Assembly (NCBI GenBank): GCA_963850905.1
Contig: CAWKMU010000003.1
Span: 576,001 to 640,000, forward strand
Source of the DNA: an uncultured Gemmatimonadales bacterium
GTDB lineage: Bacteria; Gemmatimonadota; Gemmatimonadetes; Gemmatimonadales; Gemmatimonadaceae
Direction of reading: 5' to 3'
Length of the DNA stretch: 64,000 nucleotides
Position numbers and translations under genes: made by a program. The notes under the pieces are model-generated. The model was given only the letters and a program-made list of their open reading frames with translations. It was not told where the DNA came from and ran no database searches. Shown here piece after piece: positions 11,278 to 22,783 of the stretch (position 1 is the stretch's first letter; each line of letters starts with the position of its first letter).

Positions 11278-11808
11278 TCAGCCCACGCGCCCCTCGTGAA
11301 TGGCTTCGACGGTCGACTCCCGGTGCTCGTGTCGGACGAGCGCCGACCGAACGACCTGCACGACCCCGGCGAGCAGCGCCGCAAACAGACACACGGAGAT
11401 CAGATCCGTAATGAGAAAGCCCGCTGCCATCGAGGGCCAGGCGTGCCAGTTCGCGTGCGACGAGCCGACGCGCTCGCGGTGCAGCGCGACGAGCACGGCA
11501 CTGGTCGCGATCGTGGCCATCGCCGCGATCGCCGCAAAACTCGGCGCGCGCCAGATCCAATGCCGCAGCGGGAAATTCGCCAGGTGCGCCGCCGCGGCGC
11601 CAAGGAGCGCGAGCAGAATGACGGCATCGAGGATCGTTAACAGCATCCACCGGCCCTCGGGGATGTACGCGAGGGCAAGAGTGCGGACGAGATGCAGGAC
11701 GACACCCGCGAGGAGGCCGCTCCCGACGAGCGACAGCGTGAGCGCGCGGAACGCCGCCGGCTCTTCGATCTTCCAGGCGATGGTCTGTCGCGGGAAGTAG
11801 CCGACCAT
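11278..11808 (-). CDS. Hypothetical membrane protein (about 4 TM)
   Basis: Hydrophobic segments; co-oriented upstream of thrB. Confidence 0.65.
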   Translation of the reverse strand: MVGYFPRQTIAWKIEEPAAFRALTLSLVGSGLLAGVVLHLVRTLALAYIPEGRWMLLTILDAVILLALLGAAAAHLANFPLRHWIWRAPSFAAIAAMATIATSAVLVALHRERVGSSHANWHAWPSMAAGFLITDLISVCLFAALLAGVVQVVRSALVRHEHRESTVEAIHEGRVG

Positions 11809-11874
11809 GTCGCGCTAAGGTACTGCACCGGCGAGCACCCAGCCAGAGCGGCGGCGGGTACGTGCCCTCAGCCG

Positions 11875-11899
11875 GTAGGGGCGACGCCTTGCGTCGCCC
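11875..11899 (+). repeat. GTAG-REP palindrome
   Basis: GTAG GGGCGACGC CTT GCGTCGCCC. Confidence 0.9.
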
Positions 11900-11953
11900 T
11901 CCAGCATCGCCCCGAAAAACGTGTGGAGTGACCCAGGACTCTGCTCGCGGTCG

Positions 11954-12454
11954 TCAAAGTCCTCGCAGCCGATCCGCGGCTTCGGTGCGCACTGCAGCCG
12001 CACCTTGCGCCGTCGCCATCTCTCGCGGCCCTGCTGGACCCTCTCCCCCCTCGGAGCTACTGGCGTGCTCGAACCGGCGCGCGCCGTTACCGCTGCGTGC
12101 AACCGCCCCAATGGCCGCGAGCCCAAGAGCGAGATACGGCACGCTCGGCCGCCCGCGGCGCCATCGCCACGCGGCCAGGACCGCCGCCGCACTCGCCATC
12201 GGCACGGTCGAGAAACCCGGTCGGCGCGACCTGACTGCCAGCCCTCGCTCGGGCGCCGCGTGCGTGTCCCCGAAGCCGCCAGCCGCCGCGAACGCGGCGG
12301 CCGCGGCCGCAGCGGGCATCACGTACCGGGCCACCTGCTGGAGCTTGGCGCTCCCGACAATCCGGCCGAGCACGTCCGCACCCAGACCGATCCCAAACAG
12401 TGTCAGCGGCAGATTGATCGGAGCGGTGTGAGTCTCCAGTGTTCGGTCGGTCAT
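11954..12454 (-). CDS. Hypothetical membrane protein (DUF2231-like)
   Basis: GGAGG RBS, HTAPINLPLTLF N-terminus and TM segments. Confidence 0.45.
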   Translation of the reverse strand: MTDRTLETHTAPINLPLTLFGIGLGADVLGRIVGSAKLQQVARYVMPAAAAAAAFAAAGGFGDTHAAPERGLAVRSRRPGFSTVPMASAAAVLAAWRWRRGRPSVPYLALGLAAIGAVARSGNGARRFEHASSSEGGEGPAGPREMATAQGAAAVRTEAADRLRGL

Positions 12455-12619
12455 GGATGCCACCTCCGTAGCTGAGCGCAACTGTGCAACCCCGGCCCCG
12501 CCGCCAGCTCGTAAACGACCCGCTCGTGGCCCTGTCTACTCTCTGCGTGCGGTGATTCGGGCCTCCCGGACGCCCAGTGCCCGTGCCGGCAGCCTGAGCT
12601 ACTGTGCAAAAGCGGGACC

Positions 12620-13438
12620 CTAACGGATCCAATGCCCGATGCGGCCCCAGCGGATCTCGGTGAAGATACGGAAGTAGTCGAGGCCCGCCTCGGGATCGTA
12701 TGAGTAATACACGAAGAGGGGGCGACCCCGAAAGTTCTTGCGCGGTACAAAGCCCCAGTAGCGACCGTCTTTCGACTCATAGCGGTTATCGCCCAGCATG
12801 AAGTAATGCTCGGGCGGGACGAGCAACGGCCCCCAATTGTCGTGCGACGGCTCCGCCGGCGCCGACCCGAACCGTGTGTTCGTCAGGCCGAATGTCCGTT
12901 GCCACGCGAAGTCGGGGTCGGTCCCGTCCGGATGGGTTTCATTCCCTGCAAAGGCGGGTCCCTGCGGATACGAAACGCCGTTCACGGAGAGCACGCCGTT
13001 CCGCATGAGTACCGTGTCACCGGGCAGTCCCCAGAGGCGCTTGACGAGAGTCGGTGTGCTGTCGCCCATGTCGTGCTGTGGCGGCGAGACGAATACCACC
13101 ACGTCCTGTCGCTTGGGCTGCGCGTAGCCCGGCAGGCTGACGTCGAGCACGGGGACATGCGGGCCATACACCAGCTTGTTCACGAACAGCCAATCGCCGA
13201 CCAGCAGCGTCGGCACCATGCTGCTCGACGGGATGCGATACGCTTCGACCAGGAAGACGCGGACGAACAGAAAGATCAGGATCGCGCCGATGATCGATTT
13301 CGCATTTTCCCACGCGTGCGCACGGCGCACTGACGCTGCAGCACGCGCAGGCGTTGCGCGTGCCGCAGCGCTCGATCCATCGGCCGCCGACTGACCTGGG
13401 CGCTGGCCGCGCCGCCCAGGCGGCGGACTCACCATCAT
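12620..13438 (-). CDS. lepB: Signal peptidase I
   Basis: IPSSSMVPTL (catalytic Ser), LVKRL (Lys) and GDNRYESKDGRYWG. Confidence 0.93.
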   Translation of the reverse strand: MMVSPPPGRRGQRPGQSAADGSSAAARATPARAAASVRRAHAWENAKSIIGAILIFLFVRVFLVEAYRIPSSSMVPTLLVGDWLFVNKLVYGPHVPVLDVSLPGYAQPKRQDVVVFVSPPQHDMGDSTPTLVKRLWGLPGDTVLMRNGVLSVNGVSYPQGPAFAGNETHPDGTDPDFAWQRTFGLTNTRFGSAPAEPSHDNWGPLLVPPEHYFMLGDNRYESKDGRYWGFVPRKNFRGRPLFVYYSYDPEAGLDYFRIFTEIRWGRIGHWIR

Positions 13439-13511
13439 TGCAACTCCGACCTCGCCAACGTCGCCGGGCGCCGCTGCGGCGTGTACCGGCGACGCTCCGA
13501 GTGGGACAGAG

Positions 13512-13862
13512 CTACGCGTCCTTCAGGTGGCGGCTGACGAGCTTCGTCATGTCGAACATCGACACCCGCGTCTTGCCACCGAAGACCGCCTTGAGTTGGT
13601 CGTCGGCGTTGATCATGCGACGCTCCTTCGAATCCTGCAGTCCCTTCCGCTTGATGTATCCCCACAACTTCTTCGTCACCTCGGTGCGCGGCATGGGTTG
13701 CGATCCGACAACGGCGGCCAGCTGCGCGGAGGGCTGCATCGGCTTCATGAATGCGGCATTCGGCTTCCGCTTGGATGCGGCCTTCTTTGCGGGGCGGCGT
13801 GCTGCTGCCTTCTTGCCCGCACGCTTGGTCTTCTTCGCAGCCTTTTTCTTTTTGGTGGCCAT
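13512..13862 (-). CDS. SWIB/MDM2-domain protein with Lys/Ala-rich histone-H1-like N-tail
   Basis: PSAQLAAVVG...PRTEVTKKLWGYIK...LQD...INAD...SMFDMTKLV, with GAGGAG RBS. Confidence 0.92.
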   Translation of the reverse strand: MATKKKKAAKKTKRAGKKAAARRPAKKAASKRKPNAAFMKPMQPSAQLAAVVGSQPMPRTEVTKKLWGYIKRKGLQDSKERRMINADDQLKAVFGGKTRVSMFDMTKLVSRHLKDA

Positions 13863-14177
13863 CGGATGTCGCTCCTCGGGAAGTGGGACCTTGGCAGTAC
13901 CTTCTCGCCCGTGCGCCGCTGGCCGTCAGCGACGCGCCTACGAGTGGGCGCAGACGCGGTGCAAAGTACAGAGCCCAGAGACAAGAAACCAGAGGGAAGC
14001 GCCGCTGCGCGCCAGAGGGACGAGAGCGGAGCGAACAGGGGAAAGACGGAAAGTGCACGGGGTGCACGCTCTCGCTGATCGGCGAGTACGGGCACTGCAT
14101 GCACCGCCCTGTGGCGCCGTCCGCGATTATGCCCTCGGTCGCGCCGACGCACGTGTCGCCCTGCCGCGCCGTCCGCA

Positions 14178-15158
14178 TCACTGCATGACCCCGACGCGAA
14201 CCACTCGCTCCCCGCTCCGCGGCGTCCTGGGCTGTGCGCTCACAGGGACCGGCGCCGCCGCGCGCCATGCGACGGCGATGGTATCGTCCTCGAGCGCCAC
14301 GATCGGCGCCGATGCGGCGATGCCGCTGCCGGACACGTCGACCCGATCTTGAAAGCTGTGCCCCGCCGTCACCGAGACGGCGAGCATGAGCTGCGGGATC
14401 GGCACGTTGGGATCCTGGTAGGCGACCACCACGGTATCGCCGTGCCCAGCCACACTCGTCTCAGCCAGCCCCTCGCCATACACCAGTGCGACGGGAGCGT
14501 GGAACATCGACACGGTGTCGCTCGTACGGCCGCTCGCGGCCGTACGAGGCAGATCCATCAGGTGTTCATAGTAGACGCCCGCGCCGGCGTCTGGCTCGAC
14601 ATAATAGGCGAGGTGGGTGTACCCACTCAGTGGATCGAGTGCCACCGCCGGTGGCGGCCGAGTACAGCCGCGGACGCCTCGGTCGCGCGCATCTGCGGCA
14701 GGCGGCGTATCCCAGTGGGCGCCGTCGTCGCGCGAGCGCGCCAGCCGCAACACCACGCTGCTGTCCGAACGCGCCACCCACCAGGCAACCGCGACATCGT
14801 GCGCTCCTGCACGCGCCCACCGCACAGAATTGACACACGCCCCCGCGCCAAGTGCCGGCAGACCGCCGCCCGGAACGGCGATCGCCTGCGCGACCACCCG
14901 CATGGCCCCCGCCTCGCCGCGTAGGATCAGCGCGTCGAGCGGCCCCTGAGCACCCGCAAGCGGCTCCGCCTCGGCCACCCAGTGGACGGGTGCCGCCGAG
15001 CAGCCAGCGAGTAGAAACGCGGCGATGAACCACGGGCGCCGCGGGCGTTTGCGCGCCCAAGAGGGGAACAGCACTAAAAGTGGAAAGTAGACGGGTACCG
15101 AATAGCTTTCATGTATGGCTACCTTCGCCGGCTTGCGGCGCGTTCCCGCGCCCGTCAA
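14178..15158 (-). CDS. Hypothetical lipoprotein with Asp-box (SRDDGAHW)
   Basis: LLAGC lipobox and a sialidase-like Asp-box. True start is probably downstream of 15115. Confidence 0.55.
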   Translation of the reverse strand: MTGAGTRRKPAKVAIHESYSVPVYFPLLVLFPSWARKRPRRPWFIAAFLLAGCSAAPVHWVAEAEPLAGAQGPLDALILRGEAGAMRVVAQAIAVPGGGLPALGAGACVNSVRWARAGAHDVAVAWWVARSDSSVVLRLARSRDDGAHWDTPPAADARDRGVRGCTRPPPAVALDPLSGYTHLAYYVEPDAGAGVYYEHLMDLPRTAASGRTSDTVSMFHAPVALVYGEGLAETSVAGHGDTVVVAYQDPNVPIPQLMLAVSVTAGHSFQDRVDVSGSGIAASAPIVALEDDTIAVAWRAAAPVPVSAQPRTPRSGERVVRVGVMQ

Positions 15159-16813
15159 TGAGGTCGTTCGTCCCTATGCACCGGGGTCCAGCGAGCGCCG
15201 CGCTCTTCGAGCGCGACTGACCGCCATGGCCACCGAGCGCATCGACATTCCACTCATTATCGGCGGCACCGAAGTGCGCACGGGCAACATGCGCCAGGCC
15301 GTGATGCCGCACAAACATCGCCATGTGCTCGCCGATTGGCACCAGGCGCGCCCGGAGGATGTCACGCGTGCCGCCCGCGCCGCCGCGGAGGCGCGCCGCG
15401 AGTGGAGCCAGTGGCCCTGGGAGGAGCGTGCCGCCGTCTTTCTGCGGGCGGCCGAGCTGCTGGCGACCTCGCATCGCGATACGCTCAACGCCGCGACGAT
15501 GCTAGGCCAGTCCAAGACGGTCTATCAGGCCGAGATCGATGCGGCGGCGGAGCTGATCGACTTCTGGCGTTTCAACCCCCACTACGCGCAGGAGCTCTAC
15601 CAGGAGCAACCGATCAGCCCTCCGGCGAGCGGCGCGTGGAACCAGCTCGACTACCGGCCCCTCGAGGGGTTCGTGTATGCGGTGACGCCGTTCAACTTCA
15701 CGTCGATCGCGGGCAACCTGCCGACCGCGCCTGCCCTCATGGGCAACACCGTGGTCTGGAAGCCGGCATCGAGCGCGATGTTGTCGGCCTACTACCTGAT
15801 GCGGCTACTGGAGGACGCCGGCCTGCCGCCGGGTGTCATCAACTTCGTGCCCGGCGATGCACAAGCCATCTCGGCCGTCGCCCTCGAGCACCGCGACCTC
15901 GCCGGTGTCCATTTCACTGGCAGCACCGCCGTGTTCAACACGATGTGGCAGACGATCGGGAGCAACATGGGACGCTATCGCTCCTATCCCCGCATCGTCG
16001 GCGAAACGGGGGGCAAGGATTTCATCGTCGCCCATGCATCAGCCGATGCACAGGCACTCGCCGTCGCGATCGTGCGTGGCGGGTTCGAGTACCAGGGTCA
16101 GAAGTGCTCGGCGGCGAGCCGCGTCTACGTACCGCACTCGCTGTGGCCCGATGTCCGTGATCGGGTCGTCGAGCATGATGGAGGAGATCCGCTTCGGTGA
16201 CATCATGGACTTCCGCAACTTCATGGGCGCGGTCATCGACGCGCGCGCTTTCGCCAAGATCAGCGGATACCTTGCCGATGCCAAGCGCTCCGGCACGATC
16301 GTGCACGGCGGCGATGCGCACGATGACGTGGGCTATTTCATCGAGCCGACGCTCGTCGAGACGCCCGATCCCAGCGCCCGCATTCTGTGCGAGGAGATCT
16401 TCGGTCCGGTCGTGTCGGTGCACCCGTACCCCGACGCCAAATGGACCGAGACGCTCGCGCTCGTCGACCAGACGTCGCCCTACGCCTTGACGGGTGCCGT
16501 GTTCGCCCGCGACCGCGCGGCGACGCACGAGGCCGCCGCAGCGCTCCGCAACGCGGCCGGCAACTTCTACATCAACGACAAGCCAACCGGTGCGGTCGTC
16601 GGTCAGCAACCGTTCGGTGGCGCGCGTGCCTCGGGAACCAACGACAAGGCCGGCTCCAAGTTGAACCTCGTCCGCTGGGTCAGCGCGCGTGCCGTGAAGG
16701 AGACCTTCGCGCCACCTCGCGATTTCCGCTACCCGTTCATGGGCGAGGCCGCCCACGAGTCGATCGGTGAGCTGACTGGCGAAGCAACAGGCGTCCCCGA
16801 GGGCGCACTCTAG
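15115..16813 (+). CDS. pruA: L-glutamate gamma-semialdehyde (P5C) dehydrogenase, one frameshift near 16175
   Basis: TPFNFT, GETGGK, YQGQKCSA, EEIFGPV and GNFYINDKPTGAVVGQQPFGG motifs across ORFs 15115-16200 and 15833-16813. Confidence 0.93.
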
Positions 16814-16850
16814 TGGGCTCGCACGGCCAGCCGGCACGCATGCCGTCGGC

Positions 16851-17894
16851 GTGACGACACCGCGCCTCGGCTCCGCCGCCGAGGTCGTGTCGGATCCTCG
16901 ACCGATGTCAGCACCACCCGACGGGGGCGGCAAAGCCGCCCCCGCGCGCCGAGCCGTCATCCTCGCGTTCGCCGCCGTCTACATCACGTGGGGCTCGACG
17001 TATCTCGGGATCGCGTACGCCATCCGCACGATCCCCGTCTTTCTCATGGGCGCGATGCGGTTCACCGTCGCCGGACTCGTCTTCGTCGCCGTCGCCGCGA
17101 TACAAGGTGCTCCGCGACCCAGCGCGCGGCAGCTGCGCTCGGCGGCGATCGCGGGCGTCCTGCTGCTCTCCATCGGCAACACGGCGGTCGTCTGGGCGGA
17201 GACGCGCGTCCCCAGTGGCACCGCGTCGCTCCTCGTGACGACGCCCGTGTGGCTCGTGCTCATGGAGTGGATGCGGGGCCATCGACCCACGCGAGGGGTC
17301 GTGTGTGGACTCATCCTCGGCGCCATCGGCATCGCCATTCTCGTCGGACCTCAGGGAGTGGCCGGTGCCGGTCGGGTCGACCCGCTGGCCGCGTGCGTGC
17401 TCATCGCCAGCTCGTTGTTCTGGGCGTCCGGCTCGCTCTACAGCCGCTACGCACCCCTGCCGCCGTCACCGCTGCTCGCCACCGGCCTCCAAATGGTGTG
17501 CGGCGCCGCCGTGCTCTTCGTCGTCGCCGGTGCCACAGGAGAGATCCAGCACTTTAGCTTCGCCCAGGTCTCCACGCTGTCCTGGGCCGGCTTCGCCTAT
17601 CTCGTCGTGTTCGGCTCGTGGGTCGGCTTTACAGCCTATATCTGGCTCATGCGAAACGTGCCCACCGAGCACGCCGCGACCTATGCGTTCGTGAATCCCA
17701 TCGTCGCCGTCATTCTTGGCTGGGCCGTCAACCACGAGCCCCTGTCGCCTCGCACCGCGATCGCCGCCGTGACCATCATCGCCGCCGTCGCATCGATTAC
17801 GCTGACCGGCAGGGATCAGGGACCAGGGGTCAGGGGTCAGGGAACAAATCGAAAGGCCGGTCACGGTGCACGCTTACCGGCGTCGGACCGGTAG
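16851..17894 (+). CDS. EamA/DMT family transporter (YedA-like)
   Basis: VYITWGSTY and YAFVNPIVAV motifs, about 10 TM. The C-tail reads into a repeat element. Confidence 0.9.
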   Translation: MTTPRLGSAAEVVSDPRPMSAPPDGGGKAAPARRAVILAFAAVYITWGSTYLGIAYAIRTIPVFLMGAMRFTVAGLVFVAVAAIQGAPRPSARQLRSAAIAGVLLLSIGNTAVVWAETRVPSGTASLLVTTPVWLVLMEWMRGHRPTRGVVCGLILGAIGIAILVGPQGVAGAGRVDPLAACVLIASSLFWASGSLYSRYAPLPPSPLLATGLQMVCGAAVLFVVAGATGEIQHFSFAQVSTLSWAGFAYLVVFGSWVGFTAYIWLMRNVPTEHAATYAFVNPIVAVILGWAVNHEPLSPRTAIAAVTIIAAVASITLTGRDQGPGVRGQGTNRKAGHGARLPASDR

Positions 17895-17974
17895 GGGCGA
17901 CGCATGGCGTCGCCCGTTGTTGTCGTTCGCGGTTGCCGTTCCCCTGACCCCTGACCCCTGACCCCTGGCTCCTG
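17811..17974. repeat. Composite element: (GGGTCAG)n arm, REP, (CTGACCC)n arm
   Basis: Inverted heptamer arms around a GTAG-REP at 17891-17915. The interior closely resembles the copy at 63158-63336. Confidence 0.9.
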
Positions 17975-18844
17975 CACCGCCAACCCAATCCGCCCCCACC
18001 GTATCCGCCCCGTCGTGCGATCGCGCGAGAAGTAGATCGTTCGCGGTCGGCCGAGGACGTCGCTGTCGGCGACAAATCCAATGTATCGACTGTCGATGGT
18101 CTCGCCCCGATTGTCGCCCAGCACAAAGTAGGAGGCTCGCGGCACGACCAGCGGACCCCACGTCGTCAGCGTCGGCCAATAGCTCGCGGAGTCCGACAGG
18201 ACCGCGTACGGGCGCTGCCAATCGAATCGCCGATCCCGGATGTCTCCTTCGTCCGCATGGATGGCGTAGGGCTCGAGCATCGGTCGCCCATCGAGCGACA
18301 GCACGCCGGCATGCATGGCGAGCGTGTCGCCAGGGACGCCGACCACGCGTTTCACGTAGCGTGTCTCCCACAGCTTGTACACGATGAGATCGCCGCGGCG
18401 AACCGGGGTGTTCCGTCGCGGTGCGACGAACAGTCGGTCCCCTTTTAGCAGCGTCGGCGCCATGGTGTCGGTGTCCACGCGGACTCGATCCGCAATGGCG
18501 CTCTCGACCAGGGTGGTCCACGCGACTGACGCGACCCACACGATGCCACAGGCCACGAGGATCGACGCCGGGCGCTGATACCACCGCCAGCCCGCGGCTG
18601 CCGGCCGACGGCGGACGACCCGGACGGCGTCCGCCGCGATGGCAGAGAGGACACCAATGTACACGATCGCGTACGCCGCGAGGCCAACGTGTCCCGCGAG
18701 GACGATGACGGCACCCGCCGCGAACAGCACGACCAGCCGACTCGCGAACCAGGCGGCCGCCCCGCGCCTCGGAGCCCCCGCGTACAGATGGCCCACCCCC
18801 GGCGCGATGAACGACAGGAGAGCAGCGGTCCAGGGACGGGGCAC
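17861..18844 (-). CDS. Signal peptidase I paralogue with extra N-terminal TM domain
   Basis: PGVGHLYAG N-domain, MAPTLLKGD, YVKRVVG and GDNRGETIDSRYIG. The catalytic Ser position is Thr. Confidence 0.85.
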   Translation of the reverse strand: MPRPWTAALLSFIAPGVGHLYAGAPRRGAAAWFASRLVVLFAAGAVIVLAGHVGLAAYAIVYIGVLSAIAADAVRVVRRRPAAAGWRWYQRPASILVACGIVWVASVAWTTLVESAIADRVRVDTDTMAPTLLKGDRLFVAPRRNTPVRRGDLIVYKLWETRYVKRVVGVPGDTLAMHAGVLSLDGRPMLEPYAIHADEGDIRDRRFDWQRPYAVLSDSASYWPTLTTWGPLVVPRASYFVLGDNRGETIDSRYIGFVADSDVLGRPRTIYFSRDRTTGRIRWGRIGLAVQEPGVRGQGSGERQPRTTTTGDAMRRPYRSDAGKRAP

Positions 18845-18871
18845 GAGGAAAGGGATGCTAGACGTCCAACG

Positions 18872-19535
18872 TCACTTCGTCCCCGTCCGCTGATCGTCAT
18901 CGTCGATCGCTGGATACTCGCCGCTCAACACGTCCAGCTCCCGCTCGAATGCGCGCACGGCCGGATCCTCAATGCGCTGGCCGGCTCGACTGACGTAGAG
19001 CAGCACGAGCACGCCAACGAGACCGGCCAGCGCGAGCGCGATGACATCCTCGTAACGGCGTACATGCCGCATCACGAGGTCGGCCGACCGACCGAACACC
19101 CACCCCAGCACCGTGAAGAGGCTGGCCCAGGTGAAGGAGCTGATGCCGCTGCCTGCGAGGTACTCGGCGAGTGGCACGTGCGCGGCGCCGCACGCGATCG
19201 GCAGCGTCAGTCGCAGCCCGTACGCATACCGCACGGCCAGCGAGGAGCGCCATGGGGCGCGGCGGACACCCATCAGCGTCCGCGCGAGTGGCCGACGCAG
19301 CCTCGGCCACCGCTTCCGGAGCCACACGCCGCGCCAGCGGCCCAGAAAGTATAGCCCGAGCCCGCCGACCCACGTCCCAATGGCGCAGCTCAGGGCCACC
19401 CACACGAGTCGCGAGATGCTGCTCGTGCGCCGCGATGCCGCCCGTGATCGGCGAGATCTCCTCGATCACGTTGCTGAGCGCTCCGAGCGAGACGTACGCC
19501 CAGAACGATGTGAGTAGGTCGAGGATCGACGACAT
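18872..19535 (-). CDS. DedA family membrane protein, frameshift near 19405
   Basis: EE..PITGGIAAH, GLYFLGRWRG and VRYAYGLR motifs. Confidence 0.8.
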
Positions 19536-19561
19536 CGGCGAAAGCTATTGCCCCTGGGCGC

Positions 19562-22500
19562 TCAGTCCCCCGGGGCGCCCCCGGGCATCGGCATCCCCGC
19601 GACATCGCCGCGGCTTGAACCACCCGATGCCGATGCGTGCGCGTCCGGCGAGGCGCGGACCCGGAGTCGCGCGAGCAACCGATCGCGCCACTCGTCCAGA
19701 ATCTCGTAGAACGTGGGGATGACGAGCAGCGTCAAGATCGTCGACGTGACCACACCGCCGATCACCGCATCGCCCAGCGGCGCACGGAAGTCCGCGCCCT
19801 CTCCGACGCCCAGCGCAACGGGGATCATGCCGGCGATGAGCGCGACCGTTGTCATGAGGATCGGACGCAACCGAATACGTCCAGCCTCGATGAGCGCCTC
19901 CCGCGTCGACAGCCCGCGCTCCTCGCGCGACCACTTCGCGAAGTCGATGAGCAGAATCGCGTTCTTCGCGACGATGCCCATGAGCAGGATCACGCCGATC
20001 AGGCTCATGATGTTGAGCGTCTGCCTCGTCACGATCAGCGCGAGCACCACGCCGATCAGCGACAGCGGGAGCGACAGCATGATGGCCAGCGGATCGAGGA
20101 ACGATCCGAACTGCACCACCAGGATCAGGTACATGAGCGTCACGGCCACGACCGAGCGCGATCCCGATGCTGTTGTAGACGGTGGCCTGGTCCTTCACTT
20201 GACCGCCATAGGTGATGCGGACACCTGGCGGCCACGGAATCTTGCCCAACCGCTTCTGGATCTCCGAGGAGACCGCACCCAACGGCGCGCCAACCGGATT
20301 GGCGCCGACCGTCACCACTTCGTCTCGATCGAGGTGGTCGATCTCCGCGGGACCAAGTGTCGTGTTGATGGTCGCGACCTGCCCGAGCGGGATCGTCGTC
20401 AGCTGCCCCAGGTTCGTCCCCAACGGCAGCGACATCCCGGGCGCGAGCACGAGCGGCAGTTGTTCCAGATCGGCGGCGTTCGTGCGGAACTCCGGCGCCA
20501 GCCGCACAGTGACGTCCCGCGTCTTGCCCGTTGGATCGACCCAGTCGCCCGCGTGGACGCCGGCAAACGCAGGACGGAGCGACTGCGCGACTTGTCCAAC
20601 CGTGACGCCGAGCGTGCCAGCGAGCCCACGATTGAGATCGACCTCGAGCTCCGGCCGCTGCCCCTTGCTCGAGAGCCCGACGTCCGCTGCGCCCGGCACG
20701 CTGTCCACGACCGGCAGCAGTCGCTCGGCGAACCGCGTGGACCTCGGCCAGGTCGTTGCCGCGGACATCCGCCAAGATCTGCTTCCGGTTGTCGCCGAAC
20801 CCGTTCGAGAACACCCAGGCCGTGACCCCCGCGACGCGCTTCACCTCGTCGCGCACGAGGTTGGAGACCTCGTTCTGGCTCTGTCGTCGCTGCGCCTTGG
20901 GAACGCAGCCGGACGTAGAGGTCCGCCACGTCCACGGCGCCCGACCCCGCCGCGTCTCCGACCGTCGAGTACGTGTACGCCACTTCCTTGTGCGACCGCA
21001 CGATGCGCCCCAGCTCCTCCAGCTTGATCCGCATGTAGTCGAGATTCGAGCCCGGCGGCGTCTGCACCTGGATGTCGAACTCCGAGCGGTCGCTGTCCGG
21101 GATGAACCCGAAGCCTCCGATCCACTGCTGCAGGCCAATGGCGCCGGCGAACGAGCAGACGGCCAGCCCCACCATGACCCAGCGATGGTCGAGCGCCCAG
21201 GCGATCAACCCTTTGTAGGCGTCCGCCTGCCGATCGAACCACGTGTTGAACCGGGACAGGGCTCGCGCGACCGGATTGCGCAGCTCGTGCGTCCTCGAGC
21301 TGGGGGTCCGGCCAGTAGGCGGAGAGCATCGGGTCGAGCGAGAACGACACGAACAGGGACACGAGGACCGCGCACGCAATGGTCAGCGCAAAGGGCTTGA
21401 ACCACTGGCCCGCGATGCCGTTCATGAACGCGACCGGCACGAACACGGCGACGATCGAGAAGGTCGTCGCGGCGACGGCGAGGCCGATCTCGTCGGTGCC
21501 CGTGTGCGACGCCGTCGACGTGGTCTTTGCCCAGCTCGATGTGCCGCACGATGTTCTCCCGGACGACGATCGCATCATCGATCAGGATGCCGATCGCGAG
21601 CGAGAGCCCGAGCAGCGACATCGTGTTGAGCGTGAACCCCCAGGCCCACACCGCGATGAATGCGGCGAGCGTCGACACGGGGAGCGCGAGCCCCGTGATC
21701 ACGGTCGAGCGCCAGCTGTTCAGGAAGAGGAAGACGACGAGGACGGTGAGCAACGCGCCCTCGATGAGCGCCTCCTCGACGTTGCGGACGGAGTTGCGCA
21801 CGCGCTCGCCGGCATCCTTCACGATCGCCAGCTTCACGCCCGCCGGCAGCGTGCGCTGGATCGCGACCACCTGCGCCTTGATGTCGTCGGCCACCCGTGC
21901 CGTGCTCGTCCCTCTGGTCTTGGTGATGTCGAGTCCGATGCCCGGCTGATCATTGAGAAACGCGAGCGACCGCGCCTCGACCGTCGTGTCCTTGCACGTC
22001 CGCTACCTGGCCGAATCGCACGAGCTGCCCGCTTCGATTGGCTACCACGAGCTGGAGAAAATCCTGCGGCGTCTGCAGCCGGCCGACCAGGCGGATCTGC
22101 TTCTCCGTCAGGTCGCCCGTGATGCTGCCGACCGGCGCGGCGAGGTTCTGCGAGTTGAGCGCGTTGACCACGTCGGCGACCGCCACGTGCGCCGCCGCGA
22201 GATCGGGCGGCCGCACGTTCACCGCAATGGTGCGCGCGACGCCGCCCGACACGTTGACCTGCGCCACCCCGACGATGCCACGCAGCTCCTTCGTGATCCC
22301 GGGATCGGCGAGGATCGTCAGCTCGGCCGGCGTCATCGTCTGGGAGGTGAGCGCGAGCGACACGATCGGCAGCTCGTCGGGGTCGAGCTTCTTGATGATC
22401 GGCTCTTTCATCTCGGCCGGCAGATTGTCCCGGATCTCCGGAGATGGCGTCGCGGACATCCTGCGCGGCTTGATCCGCGCTCTTCGCTGAAAACGAACTG

Positions 22501-22780
22501 CAGGATGATCTGCGCAAAGCCATCGGTCGACATCGAGCGGATCTCATCGATCCCGCTGATCGCGTTGAACTGCTCTTCCATGCGGTCGACGACTTCGCGC
22601 TCGACCTGGCCCGGCGAGGCGCCCGGATAGGGCACGACCACCATCACGATCGGCTGGTCGATGTCCGGGAACTCGTCGACATCGAGATTGAAACAGCGAG
22701 ACAACGCCGAAGAGCACGAGCGCGAACATGACCACGATCGTGACCATCGGCCGCCGAATCGCGAAGTCGGAGATGAACAC
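19562..22780 (-). CDS. RND efflux permease (AcrB family), heavily frameshifted
   Basis: [11 protein letters not shown] start, [27 protein letters not shown] and RLRPILMTT in successive frames. Confidence 0.88.
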
Positions 22781-22783
22781 AGC

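Noticed and set aside
10264..11808. Readthrough fusion of the membrane protein and thrB (same frame across TGA 11278-11280)
   Set aside because: A 1-bp error near the GTG at 11189 explains the missing thrB start more simply.
19562..22780. Programmed frameshifting or true pseudogene in the RND permease
   Set aside because: Too many scattered shifts, no slippery motifs noticed, and motifs are undegraded.
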